DNA of 64,000 bases, from positions 4,451,609 to 4,515,608 of the forward strand of contig NC_068982.1 of NCBI RefSeq assembly GCF_001194135.2, written 5' to 3'. The stretch is from Octopus bimaculoides (lineage: Eukaryota). The notes under the pieces are model-generated. The model worked only from the letters and a program-made list of their open reading frames with translations. It searched no databases and was not told the origin of the DNA. Both the position numbers and the translations under genes were made by a program. Of this stretch, positions 49,537-63,990 are shown in pieces (the stretch's first letter is position 1; every line of letters begins with the position of its first letter).

Positions 49537-49770
49537 CGTGTGTGCGTGCGTGTGTGTGTATGTGTGTTTGTGTTTGTTCTGAACCATTGTTTGCTTGCCA
49601 GTCTCGCTGTGCCTACATCGTCGTTATTTAATGGTTCGGCTCAACGGTTCGATGGAATAAATACGAAACATATAAAATGAAGTACCGGTCTTCGTTTGTT
49701 CAACTAAGCCCATCAAGGGAGTGCTTAAGCATGGCCGCAGTCCAACGATTGAACGAAATAACAGACATTT
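49380..49770 (+). mobile_element. Two SINE family A 3' halves (49380-49495 and about 49550-49770)
   Basis: Both carry CATG(A/G)CCGCAGTC..ATGA tail motifs. Confidence 0.7.
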
Positions 49771-49809
49771 ACATAAAGGGTAAAGATCCCTTTAAATCAG
49801 AGGATTGCA

Positions 49810-50290
49810 CCTAGAAAGTTCTCTTCCAAGGCAGAAGCCTGGGCAGAGTTGTTTGTGGAAGGTCAGCAGTCGCCCATGCATACCAGCCTCCCCTCTCCAC
49901 AGCACTGATGTCATCCAAGAGAAAAGCGAAGAGGCCGATACAGCCTGGCACCCGTGACGTCGCAACTCATTTCTACGGCTGAGTGAACTGGAGCAACGAG
50001 AAATAAAGTGTCTTGCTCAAGAACACAACACACAACCCGATCCGGGAATCGGTCAGCTACCTCTTGATTGTGAGCCCAACGCTCTAACCACTGAGCCATG
50101 CGCCTTCACTGAAGTCGCGTGGTTTAGTGGTTAGGGTATTCGGCTCTCGCAGCGACGCGTCTTTGGGCAAGTCACTTTGTTTCACGGTAAAAATGAGCTG
50201 TACATGTAATTCAAAGGAGCCAGCCTTGTTACATCCTGTGTCACATTGAACCTTCCTTCTTAGAACTACGTTAAGAGTGACGCGTGCATG
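49810..50290. mobile_element. Head-to-head pair: C-like SINE with a different tail (variant E, 49810-50109, -) and deleted SINE C (50110-50290, +)
   Basis: The heads abut at GCGCCTTCAC|TGAAGTCGCG with no spacer. Confidence 0.8.
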
Positions 50291-50318
50291 TATTTAATGT
50301 TTTTATATGTGTATATAT

Positions 50319-50361
<43 letters not shown>

Positions 50362-51249
50362 NNNNNNNNNNNNNNNNNNNNNNNNNNNNNNNNNNNNNNN
50401 NNNNNNNNNNNNNNNNNNNNNNNNNNNNNNNNNNNNNNNNNNNNNNNNNNNNNNNNNNNNNNNNNNNNNNNNNNNNNNNNNNNNNNNNNNNNNNNNNNNN
50501 NNNNNNNNNNNNNNNNNNNNNNNNNNNNNNNNNNNNNNNNNNNNNNNNNNNNNNNNNNNNNNNNNNNNNNNNNNNNNNNNNNNNNNNNNNNNNNNNNNNN
50601 NNNNNNNNNNNNNNNNNNNNNNNNNNNNNNNNNNNNNNNNNNNNNNNATATATATATATATATATATATATGTATACATATATGTATATATATACATACA
50701 TACATATATATATGTATATATATACATACATATATATACATGTATATATATGTACATATATATATATGGATATATATATATACATATATATATGTGTGTG
50801 TATATGTGCACACGTATATACATATATGTGTGCATGTGTGTGTGTGCGCGCGCATTCTGACACACGCGTATATACGAATATTTATCTCTACAAGCACACA
50901 GACACAAACACAGAAGATACATGCCATGGCCACGCATCACCATGGAAGGATGAAAGGTAAAGATGGCTTCGGCGGGATTTTAAATCAGAATCTAAAACGC
51001 CAGAATAAATACCACAATGCATGTTATCTCTTACTCTAAGGATCCTGCTAATCCTTCTGCTTTGTACATTGATTATTATAATTATTCTTTTATATATTAT
51101 TCTTTCCATCGATCACATTCATTTACACGTATTTAACTACACACATAAATTAAACCGTATCACAATGATTGGACATTTCTTCAATAACAGCTAATAATCC
51201 GGTTGTGCATATCCATTGACTTCTGTTAAGTAAATTACATTCCTCTTTA

Positions 51250-51600
51250 GATTACAGGGGTGAAGCAACTTCTAAACTCAAACACACGTATTTTATGATA
51301 TCATGTTAATAAGGATCAACTAATGTCAGATCTTCACTCGTTATCTTAGTGGCCACCGACTCCATATATTGCCCTACACTCTGCTGTAATTCTACAACTC
51401 CGGTTTTGCTGACGTCAATATGACCACCATCAAAGCTTAAAAGACTCAAACAGCTGTTCGTCCCATTATTTCTGTTTTGCTTCAACCTTGAACGGCCACA
51501 CCTAACACTTCTTCGAAACCTTCATCTTCATAAGATCTGCAACCCACGAGTAATTTCACCCGTTCATGTTATAATTTTTAGCTCCAAGCGAAACTGATTG
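51250..51600 (+). mobile_element. Old L2-like LINE RT C-terminal relic
   Basis: RYLS, FYNS and HLTLLRNLHLHKI resemble the L2 IRRYL...DYCNS...HITPxLxxLHWL motifs. Confidence 0.45.
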
Positions 51601-52867
51601 TAGTGATTCATAATCAAAAACCTTGAGTACCTCAGCATTTTTGACATAAAATGTATTAAAAATCACACAATCAATTGATTCCTTCCATTTATTACACTGC
51701 AGTATGTGATATGAGGATGATTTGACTATTATTTCTCACAGGTCGAACGACGAGATAGTGGCTCGCCTCTGTATAGGTTTTCCTTAACAGGATAAACCTC
51801 ACTTGTATGTAACTCAAATAGAGGGTCGTATGGAAGAGGCGGAAAAGCGTTACAGGCCTATGTACAAAATAGATACGCAAATATATATGATTTTGTAGAT
51901 TTACTAAGTTCAATCATTCAGTTGTACTTGTTTGACAAGTGACGTGATGACTAAACTGAATCTTTCACAATGAAGTTGTAATACTAAATCAATAAAATTT
52001 ATGAGTGAACACGAGAATCTGAAGGGGACGTGGAAAATATGGAATTGATTTTGTGGCTTAGTTACACATACAAACTACAAACAAACACACATATTGACTC
52101 AGACGTACCACATTCTGTGATGTACGTTTGATTGAATTGTCGTCTGACCGACTCAAACTATTAAATTTTTGTTAACAGTTTATATACAGTATGCGTGTAT
52201 ATATTAATGTATGTATGTATGTGCATACGTGATTGTTTGCACTTGTGTGTGTGTGTGTATGCATTATGTACGCAGTGCTAAAAAAGCAAAGTTTGTTCTG
52301 AAGGTGAGCATTTAATTTATTGCACACAGACACATACATACCTATAGACATATTTTTATAGACATTTATACACACACACATATAAACATACATAAATACA
52401 CACACACACACATATACATGTATATAGAAGTGTGCATTTTGGTGCTGTTAGTATTTATAGATTTTGTGGGTGTGTGTCTAAATACTGTTAGGGAAGAAAA
52501 CTGACGAATGCGTATGAACAAATAGAAAATATTTCAAATTTAAATGACGTTGAAAGTTTTTAGCTTTGCATATCTGAAATCAGAGATATTCATCAAGTGT
52601 CACCACATCAATAAATATCTACTAAAACATTATTCCTGTCTCCCAACTGAAGTATTTACCAAATGCAAACACAAACATTCTCTGTATGCTTCTGTAGTTT
52701 TAAACCCCATTATGCGACTCTCTATAGTTCGAGTCTAACTGTTATTTATACCCTCAACCCCTACCAATAACTGACTACACCAAATTAGAATAGATTTATT
52801 GACACTTGTATATCTTCAGTACATTAACACCCGTTACTCTTTATACAGTAGTCTATCAAGAGAAATT

Positions 52868-52985
52868 CAAATTTTGGCACAAGGCCAGCAATTCCGAGCT
52901 AGGGGAATTTGAAAACAACGTAAAAACAGACTAAATGCCACGAAACATTTTACCCGACAAGCCAAATATTCTGCTAGCTCGTTGC
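52868..52985 (-). mobile_element. Internally deleted SINE B
   Basis: Tail ii joined to an eroded head. Confidence 0.6.
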
Positions 52986-53083
52986 CTTCTTTTCAGCAGT
53001 AGATATTAATAAAATAACTTCAAATCGAAAGTACAATCCCTCACAGTATGTACCAAATAAATAAATAAATAAATAAATAAATA

Positions 53084-53478
53084 GGCGCAGGAGTGGCTGT
53101 GTGGTAAGTAGCTTGCTTACCAACGACATGGCTCCGGGTTCAATCCCACTGTGTGGCATCTTGGGCAGGTGTTTTCTACTATAGCCTCGGGCCGACCAAA
53201 GCCTTGTGAGTGGATTTGGTAGACGGAAACTGAAAGAAGCCAGTCGTATATATGTATATATATGTGTGCGTGTGTATGTTTGTGTGTCTGTGTTTGTCCC
53301 CCCCCCTAACATCGCTTGACAACCGATGCTAGTGTGTTTACGTCTCCGTAACTTAGCGGTTCGGCAAAAGAGACCGATAGAATAAGTACTAGGCTTACAA
53401 AGAATAAGCTCGACTAAAGACGGTGCTCCAGCATGGCCACAGTCAAATGACTGAAACAAGTAAAAAGAGTAAAGGAGT
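53084..53478 (+). mobile_element. SINE family A, best-preserved copy (tRNA-derived; resembles octopus OR-type CORE-SINEs)
   Basis: A box TGGCTGTGTGG, B box GGTTCAATCCC, CORE-like ATCTTGGGCAGGTG and (TAAAGAG)-like tail. Family naming is from recall, not a database match. Confidence 0.9.
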
Positions 53479-54255
53479 AAATATATAAAGAAATCACGTG
53501 TGTTGCTGATATTCTTGTCAGAACTGTCTTTTTTTTCTTTTCGGTTACTGTAAATATATTGGTCTGGAAATTCATTGCGGCTTATCATGTTCAATTCAAC
53601 ACCAGTAATGTTATGATTTTGGTTACTTCATCTCGCGGTAACGGTTACTTCATCCCGCGGTTAATTCCACGTAATGCATTTCATCTGCAGAATAAATACA
53701 TCGATAAACATTGTTCAAGTGGTTATTCACACAAATTCGTTGCATCTCATTAATAAAGAAGAAATTTAGATACATACAATCGTTAATATTAAATTTCCTC
53801 AGTATATATATGAAAACCGAAAAAAATATTGGAAGTTAGTTTCAGAAACAATTTCATAAAAATGCAATGAAAAAAAAAGAACATTTTAATTTATTTGAGG
53901 AGAGAGACACTCTAAAACGCCAAATTATAAGCAATGTCTCTTAAATATTCTCGTGTTTTGAGACTTTGATAGTCATTCAAGATGCCTTGAAATGCAACGC
54001 ATTTACACGGAGAATAAAAACTTTAATGTTCAGCGATATGTGTTCTGTAGATAAAAATTATGACGATGAACGTTCCCAACGTGTATTACCTCGCAATGAA
54101 TTATTTTGCAATGAAATTGCCAAGTAATAAAATTACTGGCAATATATTTACTGCGAGGTAATTATTCTCGTAAACTTTACCAAGATGAATTAACCAAATC
54201 ACGTTTTTATCGTCTTATGATAAAACAGGATTCTGGAATATGAAAACTCGAGTAC

Positions 54256-54330
<75 letters not shown>

Positions 54331-54417
54331 CCTACCTACCTACCTACCTACCTACCTACCTATCTATCTATCNNNNNNNNNNCCTACCTACCTATCTATC
54401 TATCTATCTATCTATCT

Positions 54418-54465
<48 letters not shown>

Positions 54466-55232
54466 AGCTCACAAGCCCTTTGGATACCTCATCTGAAATG
54501 TTTCATAAGCGAAAGTTTGGTTCAAAACGTCTCAGCTTTTTGTTTTCCTGTCACACTGCTCTAAGACTGTAAAACTTTGACAATGTATCATCGTCAAAAC
54601 ATTCACTTAGATTTCATCAAATAACTTGTATCGATTCTCAAATTCAAATGAGACGAGTATATCACAAAGCATGATGTACAAGTAGCAACAATGTCTATGG
54701 GAATCCAGACCTTTACCGACGAAACATTAGCGTAACGGGGCAAGAATGCCCACGTAGATGCTCCAATTTGAACTTCAGGTTACCAAACAAATATAAAAAC
54801 CATTTAGACAGTCCCCATCTATTCAACATCCTATGTATGAACGGGAAAAGAAATTACTGAAGGCTGTAAGAAGTGAAAGCAAGCATGCACAGGTGGAACC
54901 ATTTCTGTAAATCATATTGGGCATCAAAAATCCAAGATAGAAAAGAATTCAGACGAAAGGGACGACAAGAGCTTCATAGCGAAGTCTGGAGTGAGGAGCC
55001 CTTTTTTTTTATCAAATTCGTTAACGGTTTTAAGACCATCATTTTGTGACCTAAATTTCATTTCAAACGTCGAAATGTCATTTCAAACTTCGTAGCCTTC
55101 TTGCTTCGACGCAAAAAATGGTAAACATCTACAGCATTGATAAAAAAAAAAAAATCCTTAGAAACGCTTTCGACATGGAAACCACACAGACAGGAAGACA
55201 GACAGACAGACAGACAGACACACAGACACACA

Positions 55233-55277
<45 letters not shown>

Positions 55278-55476
55278 TTATGAATATGTATATGTAAAGT
55301 GTGCTTATATATAGAATAACTGTATTTAAAAAAAAATAATTGGTGATTAGCGGTTGAGCGCTCACTAATAGAATATGGTGCACTATGTATTTTGTTAATC
55401 TTACAATTTTAATTTCATATCTGCTGATTAGTGTATCTTTATGCCTCAGTCGATGAAATACTATACACTCATACAA

Positions 55477-55512
<36 letters not shown>

Positions 55513-56583
55513 NNNNNNNNNNNNNNNNNNNNNNNNNNNNNNNNNNNNNNNNNNNNNNNNNNNNNNNNNNNNNNNNNNNNNNNNNNNNNNNNNNNNNNNN
55601 NNNNNNNNNNNNNNNNNNNNNNNNNNNNNNNNNNNNNNNNNNNNNNNNNNNNNNNNNNNNNNNNNNNNNNNNNNNNNNNNNNNNNNNNNNNNNNNNNNNN
55701 NNNNNNNNNNNNNNNNNNNNNNNNNNNNNNNNNNNNNNNNNNNNNNNNNNNNNNNNNNNNNNNNNNNNNNNNNNNNNNNNNNNNNNNNNNNNNNNNNNNN
55801 NNNNNNNNNNNNNNNNNNNNNNNNNNNNNNNNNNNNNNNNNNNNNNNNNNNNNNNNNNNNNNNNNNNNNNNNNNNNNNNNNNNNNNNNNNNNNNNNNNNN
55901 NNNNNNNNNNNNNNNNNNNNNNNNNNNNNNNNNNNTATATATATATAAGTACAGTGTACATTTAAACACATAAGAGGTATTCATCATAGGATTCCCTCAC
56001 GTTAGAAAGAACAGCTAAGTTCCAAATCACTATTAAGGATAAAATTTTGACTCGTATATTTATTCTTATGCACACGATGACTCGCATATTTATTTTTAAT
56101 ACGTGTTTCGAGAGATTCGGACGTGAATATGCTAATCTCTGTTATGTTTCATCACAATAGAACAGATTCTCTTTTACGGTGAATATGGGCTCCTAACACA
56201 CAAAATTCATTTGTACAAGGGATTCTGGGACACCAGTGATTCAACATGTGTCTCGACAGCGAAAAGCACCTCGGGTCCATGAATCTAATGAAACGATTTC
56301 ATCGTAAAGGAGAAATTGTCCTCTTGATCAATTAAATTCTCTGTCTGTATTCGAACGTCTTGCGGCTACGGAAACGAGCAAAAGAAGTGTAGTTTAAGAA
56401 ATTCTAGCACATACAACTTAGAATATTGATAGAATTTGTTTTCTTCTACTTATTCCATGTTCAACCTTTGTTGGGAAAAGAAATAACGCTTTTCTTTCTA
56501 CGGCAATATATAATTACTAGATTTTACGCTTATGAATTCGTGTTGCAAGATTCCTGATGTGAATCCGTGTGTTGAAACAGATA

Positions 56584-56934
56584 TTGTTGTATTTCGGAAT
56601 GGTCATTTTTTTTTTGCCAGATAAACACACGCACTGTATATTCGTTATTCACTCGTTTATTTCTGTTCTTATTTTAACCCATGTCCATTGTCCGGATATT
56701 CTTTCGTCACACGTCTGTGATCTCTTCAGTGACATTTTCCGTCCTCGTGTGTGATTCTGCTCCGCGTAGTCTATTCTCTAAGAGAAAGTGTAGCTGAAGA
56801 GGTCACAGATGTGTGGCGAAAGATTTGCGGACAATGGACATGAGTTAGAATAAGAATAGTAATAAACGAGTGAAGAATGGATATGGAGTGCGGGTGTTTA
56901 TTTAAAAAAAAAATGACCGTCCGAAATATAACAA
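56584..56934. mobile_element. Foldback MITE with about 150-bp TIRs and about 60-bp spacer
   Basis: Arms about 80% identical by eye; TA at 56582-83 and 56935-36. Confidence 0.75.
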
Positions 56935-58399
56935 TAATTACTCGAATCATACTAAAATGAAGAAAGTCAATATACAGTTTCACTTCCTGATAAAATATAA
57001 GGAACCATTATAATCATGCGTTGTAAATGATTCCTGAATCTCAAAAGATGTCTTCTTTGCATTTGATGCCACGATGGTTGTGTTCTAGACCATTCCTTCG
57101 GATGTTCTTGTGTCTAGTCAAGAAACCGCCGCCTTTATTGGCAAAACGCCTCCAATTTATTGCTGAAGTGATCATTATTACAGCAATCTCGAAGAAGATG
57201 ATAAATTAAGCTTATAGTGATTAATAAGTCATTACAGCATTGTCTTAAACGTCAAGGTAATTTATTATTGTGATGTTATTCAGAATTCTTGAAATTTTAT
57301 ATAATTCAATGTTCTGATAAAGATCCAGCTTAATCTTAAGCACTTTGTAGTTCGACTAAAACTTCATTTCCTCTGTCTATAATCAATGCCTGTAATTATC
57401 CTGCTTCTTATGGCACCTCACTTATTCAATGCAACACTGGATTGACACATATTTCTGAGTCTTTATATTTACAAGTATCTCTTTTATTGACTAATACATT
57501 TCATTTTGTAGATCACATTAAACGCAGAGGCCATTTCTTCTTAACTGTTCTATTCTGTAGAGCATATTGATCTGTCTATGCACACCACGTCATCGAGTTA
57601 CCTTTGACGGTTTTTATATCATGCTAAGGGTGAGGAGTTTGTTAACGTCCATCTCATTTCTTAAGAAAAGGGAAGTATAAATTGTACCCAACGACCCACT
57701 AACAGTCTCCCTTAACCGATTATGGGAGAGTAACGGTGAGTGGGAGAGAATGTGACAAATAGTTAAATAAATAGAGAGGGAAAGAAAGAGAGGAGGGGGA
57801 GGAAAATCTACCCTAGCATTTGATTAGTATCCTATTTGTTAAAGAAGGTCAAAGCTGAAATTTGTGGTATTTGAAATCAAAACGAAAACATTCTGGAGAA
57901 TCATTTCAAGGTATCAATTGCCTTATTGCGCCTGTTGAATGCTTTTAATCTTCCATATATTTGTGGTCAGTTAAAGTGAATCTTCCTTGTCCGTGTTCTA
58001 TCTCCACTCCACATTATCGTCATAGCAGATCGCCCTAAAACGTTTTCGGTTTTCTCTTCATATTTTAAAGTTTTAATCTGATTTGTTCTCCGGTGGACAT
58101 TGTATGGCATGACTAAAAGTGATTAGTCAGTGAAACTATACTCTCGAGTGTTTGACGGAATAATTTACTGAATCGACATATTTAATAATCTAAATCACAT
58201 TATATGATATTTCTCTAGTAGTAACCTGTGGAGAAAAACTGTGCTCTATTGTCGTCGTCAGCCGATGATATACACATTTCAAGCTGAGACAATTAACAAC
58301 AAATGAGTAATTTGATTGTCATAACCGAGATTATGTTTTCAACAGTTAATTTGCATAAAACATTTTATTTCATCAATTGATTTTTCCACTGATGTTTCT

Positions 58400-58800
58400 T
58401 CATTTTTGTCTTTATTTCTTCTCTCTTTTTGTTCTGTAACATGATGTGCTATTTGTACAATTTATTCTTTTCTATTGGGATTTTCAGCTCTTTTCAAAAA
58501 TCTCGCCCTCTTTCAACGAAACATAGTCTTTCTTTTAGGCTATCAAAATGTGTTTTTGACGCTTTGCTAGTTTTATCTCAACACGAATTTACCTGCTGGA
58601 CAATTGTTGGGATGCCTGTCTCTAATGCTTATTTTATATTCAACGTCTGAGTATTTGAGCGTGCTTTGAAGGCTTCTAATCTAATTTTGTAAGCAAGCTT
58701 TGTGTTCTTTTTGCTAGTTGTATCAGAGGTTACATGGTATTTCGCTGAATAGTTCTGTTTTGTTTCCATTTTATTAAAATTTCAAATGATTACGTCTAAG
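58400..58800 (-). mobile_element. Possible Dong/R4 pre-RT fragment
   Basis: Weak resemblance only (basic helical region, EKNKLYK). Confidence 0.25.
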
Positions 58801-59149
58801 CCTATATGTACAGATGATAATTCAATTTATTTTCTGCTTTAAACACTATACTTCTTATTAGACCGAAGCAGAAAACCTAATAATCTAACGCAGCTTTTAA
58901 TATGACTTTTATCTTATCCTGATCTCCTAAACATCTTTGCCAATGACGGGTTACATATTTATTTATGGTCCAGTCTAATTGACTGATTATACATATACAT
59001 ACGCACACACATTAACAAACACAGACGCAAACGCACACCCGTACGTATGCATAGAAGAGAGGGGGTGGGCAAAAAGTCTCCCCAAAGTAGACGTCTCTAA
59101 CCTTTGTTGCACATCCCGTCAAATTTAACGGACATGTTGAAGACATGTC

Positions 59150-60000
59150 TATCTGCACCTATGTAAGCAGACATGCAATCTTGGGCGTCGTTACATACGT
59201 GAATCTGTCTGCCAGTGTGTATATGCACTTATTACTTGCAATGTTTTACACATTTTCACACTTCCAGGACTTTTTTTCCTCACTTTCAGATCATTATATT
59301 TTGTATGTTCTGCTCATATTTTACTGTGATTTCAACTGGAATATTCTACCGGTATTCATTAATATTATTCGGAGTATAACTTCCGCATCGTTGTAATTAT
59401 ATATACTTTCCATTTTCATTTTCAGTGCTAAATTTTCTTTCGCCTGCATTTTATAATACTTTCTTTACAACATCATGCCTCATAGGTTGATATTCGTATC
59501 TTAGTATATTTCCGGACAGCTGCTTATGATGTAGGGGATAATTCGAGTCTACATCTGTTGTAAATATTTAAGTATTTTGGTCACATTCCCGGTCCATTTT
59601 TGTTCATCAGGAATTTTGTGGCAATTTCCGGTTTGTGGATTACAAACGCCCATCCTTCAAAGTGACACCAGCTGCTGCTCCAAAAGAGGTTAGGTGCTGG
59701 TGCTTTATATCACACTTGACGCAGAAATTCCTGGTTTTGGTTAGCAGACTTCGGGTTTTAATCCCGATTGCTTGTTGCTCATCTGTTGGTTGCTCAAATG
59801 CTGGTTGTGTACTGACCATCAAACAAATGATGGGTAGAGAAAGTACCGATGGTCATGTATGGTTTGTCTTGGTTCTATGCTTCTGGTTCTATGCTTCTTG
59901 TCACAAATCCAAACATAGGATATATTTTAAACCATCTCTAAGTACCTGCAGCATTCACCATCAGGTATAGAAGACTTAGTCAAACCGTTAATAGAAATGT
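59150..60000 (-). mobile_element. Dong/R4 zinc-knuckle/RLE region remnant
   Basis: HFEGWAFVIHKPEIATKFL, IISSCPE and PMRHDVVKKVL motifs. Confidence 0.65.
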
Positions 60001-60419
60001 TGCTAGGCATAACTTACCCTCGTTTAACAATCCTTGTAGGGGAATATTTTCGTTGAATAAATTTCATGTTTGTATGTTTAGGACTGTCGTAATTAGATCA
60101 AGACTCTTTTCCGTAGCACTCATATTCTCTGTGTGTACTTTCATGACGCTAAGAATCTATGTTTTAGATTGGTGCATGTATTCATGTGATCCTCTTATCT
60201 ACGTTTCGAATTACCTCGATAAAAAATGGCAATCGGGTTAGTGAATGTGTTAATAGCATCACAAAGTGGCTAAATCTTTAGAGTATATCTTTAGGATACT
60301 TTATTTTATGGGTTATAAAGCAAAAACGAAATGAGACTTATAGTATTTGGAATTTTAACAAATCGAAAGGAATCTAACATTTATGACTTGGGAATCGAAC
60401 TGAATAACTTTTTAAAAAT

Positions 60420-61400
60420 CCAACCATATTATAAAGAACTCTTCTCTGAGCCGCCACTCCTCTTGCATCATTGTTTGTTGAACTAAGAGTTGTTCAGAAC
60501 ATCTTGAATTCCTTCATTCTCAGATATGATTACAATGATTCTAGAAGACAAGCTTTGCACACACTAATACTTTATACATTAAATTCGAGTTTGCAATTGG
60601 TCGATAGGTTTTCACCAAGTGAGTGGCATTGTTTTTTTTTTGTATCATATTTGATTCTACCAATGTAAACCATGTTGATATGTCTATATTTCCACTGAGT
60701 GCTTTCTGGTAAGGGTCAATTCTACGTTTTTGTATTATGTTTGCAAAGTACTTGATGTGAATTCGTGAGTTGAAGCAACTCTCGTTGTGTCTCGGGAGAG
60801 TCATTACGCCAATAATAATAACACACGCACTGTTTCAATATCACTCCTTTATTGTTAGTCAATTGGTTAAATATTTAGCCTGATAACTAATCGACAACAG
60901 GACTTTAACTAACAAACAACCAATTGATTGTTTAACCAGCATAGTAAAGAAATGTTAGGTTAGATATTTGATTAGATATTTTATCAATTGACTAACCATA
61001 AAAAAGTGGTATTGAACCAGCGCATGTGTTATCATTATTGGCGCAATTACCCTCCAAAGGCACAAACAAGTGTCAATGAAATACCTCCAATAGAAGGTTA
61101 GCAGTCTTTGTCAACCATCACCAATCAAATCTTTTCCTTTCCCGAAAATTTTCAATCACAATCACAAAAGTAAGACCATAAACACCATATGGTTTTGGTG
61201 AAATGCAGATAGAATATTTCGTTTTTGGATTTGGTTTGCAAGATTCTTTATGTGAGTTCGTGTGTTGAAGCATATTCTGTTGTGTCTGGGCAGAGTCATT
61301 CTCTTTTAGTGCCTTATAATTTAACACACACACCGGTAAAATTTCCATTCATTTCCTTTTTTATTTTTCTAAAATCTTCGTTACGCTTCGTAACTTTTTC
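60420..61400 (-). mobile_element. Dong/R4 pre-RT and RT domain 1 remnants, interrupted by a MITE
   Basis: IQKKNNATHLVKTYRPIANSNLMYKV. Two homologous AATGACTCT..CAGACACAAC segments occur (about 60750-60805 and 61240-61305). Confidence 0.6.
60807..61043. mobile_element. MITE with about 60-bp TIRs (CGCCAATAAT...)
   Basis: 60807-60870 is an inverted repeat of about 60985-61043; left flank TA, right flank CA. Confidence 0.7.
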
Positions 61401-61535
61401 AATATTGAAAAGGTTGCAAGACGCAACGAAAATTTTAGAAAAATAAAGAAGAAAATGAGTGGAAATTTTACCGGTGAGTGTGTTAAATTATAAGGCACTA
61501 AAAGAGAAAGACTCTGCCCAGACACATCAGATATA
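61272..61535. repeat. Spacerless palindrome of about 260 bp
   Basis: Centre CAAT|ATTG at 61403/61404; outer 70 bp have about 3 mismatches and the inner 50 bp are about 85% identical. Confidence 0.92.
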
Positions 61536-63859
61536 ATATTTCTTTTGCATTTCTTCTCACCTGATTGTAATTCATAAATACAATCATACCTTTATTCTAT
61601 CTGTATCTACCTTTATTCTGTCTGCTGCTCTATTTTGATGGGGTTTTAAACTGACAGCTTATACATCTTACTCAGCTGTTGACTTTTTATATCTGCAAAT
61701 ATTGTTTCTATTTAACTTTTAAACTTTTTATAGGTGAAGTGTGTAGTTGTATATACGAGAGTAATTCTGCCTATATATGGCAAGGTATACATAACGTACA
61801 GTCTCCACAGATCAAAGCTCATTCCAAGAGGCATGTAATGAATTTGAAAACAATATACTAGCTAATCATATATTTACTTGTGAATGTATACCATCATTGT
61901 GACTTCTATATCTTTGTATTCAGGGACTACTTTTTTATGGATTGCAATGTGTAATATATCGGCCTCGACGTCAAGCTTCATAAGTAGATAATATTATGCA
62001 TATATTTTTGAACAACTGTTTATGGTGTGAGGGATATTTTTGGCATTGATTTTTAAAATCTACAAGGAATACCACATCTAAATGCTTACTCACGTGCATA
62101 TTATTGCTAGGCATCAAGAATTTAGCTGTAATTTTCGGTTCCTGTATATACGCTAAAAGGACAATTTACCGATTGGTTTGTCTTTAATGTACATGACATA
62201 TTTATGATGTTGCTACTCGTTAAATTTTTCTGACAATTTACCCATGTATGTCCTTGGTTTTCTACAAGAAAAACTTTTCGAGGACTTGTTTTCAATCTCT
62301 CGTGATTATGTCTGCTTCATATTTGCAGATCTGTTCAATGGATGCGCTTCGACGGTTAATGGTTAGCAGAAGCTACAAAATCATGTGATGCAACATTCAT
62401 TGGATGTTTGAATCGCTGTGCCGCCTTTTTTTTTGCGTTGCGTTAGAGTTGTTTAAAATAAAAGTTGATGAAGTTGGTATTAATATATTTGAAATTTTAA
62501 AATGAAAATCTCGTATGACTTCTACCTTCCGATAGAGTTGCCAAAATGGTGGGAAAAATACTGGCACAGAAGACACATTGAGGGTCACTGATTTGTAGTA
62601 GACACAGAGATTTGAGGGCCATATATTTATCGGGAGGGGGCAGTTATGTATGCAATTATGTATACTTGTGTGTTTGCATGTATGCGCATTTTCACACGCG
62701 CGCGTGCACACACACACATATACGCTTGGTGAGAGGGTGGTTGTTGGACACCCCGTGGGACGAAAAGTAAGACCCGTCAAAGGGCAGCGGAACTCATGAG
62801 TGTTCAACGGCCACCCAGCAAATATGTGAAAATATGTATATTTTGTTTTATATATTCTCATATATATGTGTGTATGTATGTATGTATGTATGTATGTATC
62901 TATCTATCTCTATATATATGTATATGTGTGTGTGTATATATATATATGTATACATACACACACATACACACACATATATATATATGTGTGTGTGTGTGTG
63001 TGTCTGCATGAGTGTTAGATTCGAACCCACTACGCAAAGCTTTGCCCACGTGTTTTTCTACCTGCATATACGCAAGCGAGTATCAAGCTGCATTCAGAGT
63101 ATAAATATTCGCGTAAGTGGAATACTCAGGCACCGAACAGCAAAATGTGAAGATAGTTCTATCAAGCGAAGAGTTGGAACACTTATCGCCCAAAACAAGG
63201 CACCATCTATCACCACTTTATCTGTCCGTCGTTTTATGTATGCGTCTGTTTTTCCTTCTTTAATGTAATATCTTTGTGATGCAGTTTCGAGATAGGATAT
63301 CGATTAATCACTGCCAACGTTCCATGTAGCTTTAGATCCTGCATGTCATTATCACATAAACTGTTTCATCTAATAGTACAGCAATATAGTATTCTCTTAG
63401 GTATTATATCTATACACATTCTTATCTATGATTTGTTTGCTTCTCTATCTATTGGATCGCCACCTGAAAAATACCTATTTATCAAATGATTCTCATGGGA
63501 AGATTTAAGCTTAATACAGTAAACTAATGAATCTCTCATTATATATAGAGAGAATTACTCTCATATATACAGAGTGATGAGCATCAGTTCTTAATTTCAT
63601 AACTTCGTTGGGTTTGTTAATTCAGTGATAAGGTGTTCTAGCTTCAATTCATGAGCGAAGACATTCCTGTATGTTTTAAGACAACGCTTGTAGGTAAGTT
63701 TGATAAAGAGAAATTTGACGGCAGCCAGTTATACACGCACACACACACAGACGCACACATACATACATACATATATACATACATACATGCATACAAAAAT
63801 ATGGTTCACAATTATTCGAAAAGCAATTAACAGAAGACTGAGACAAGTAAGGGAACGTC

Positions 63860-63990
63860 AAACAAAGTGTATTAGGTAGATGCTCAGAAAAATTCAACGA
63901 AATCTCTGACATTTCGAGACTACGCTCTTCTACGGAAAGAATGAGGAAAGAAGACAGGGGGAGAGAGAGAAACGTGTCCACATTAACGGT
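63860..63990 (-). mobile_element. Second copy of the hammerhead-like pLTR fragment family
   Basis: CCGTAGA-A-GAGC-GTAG-TCTC-GAAA-TGTC at 63935-63908, with flanks similar to 20535-20700. Confidence 0.45.

Noticed and set aside
57000-57700. Possible RTE RT C-terminal relic
   Set aside because: Resemblance too weak by eye.
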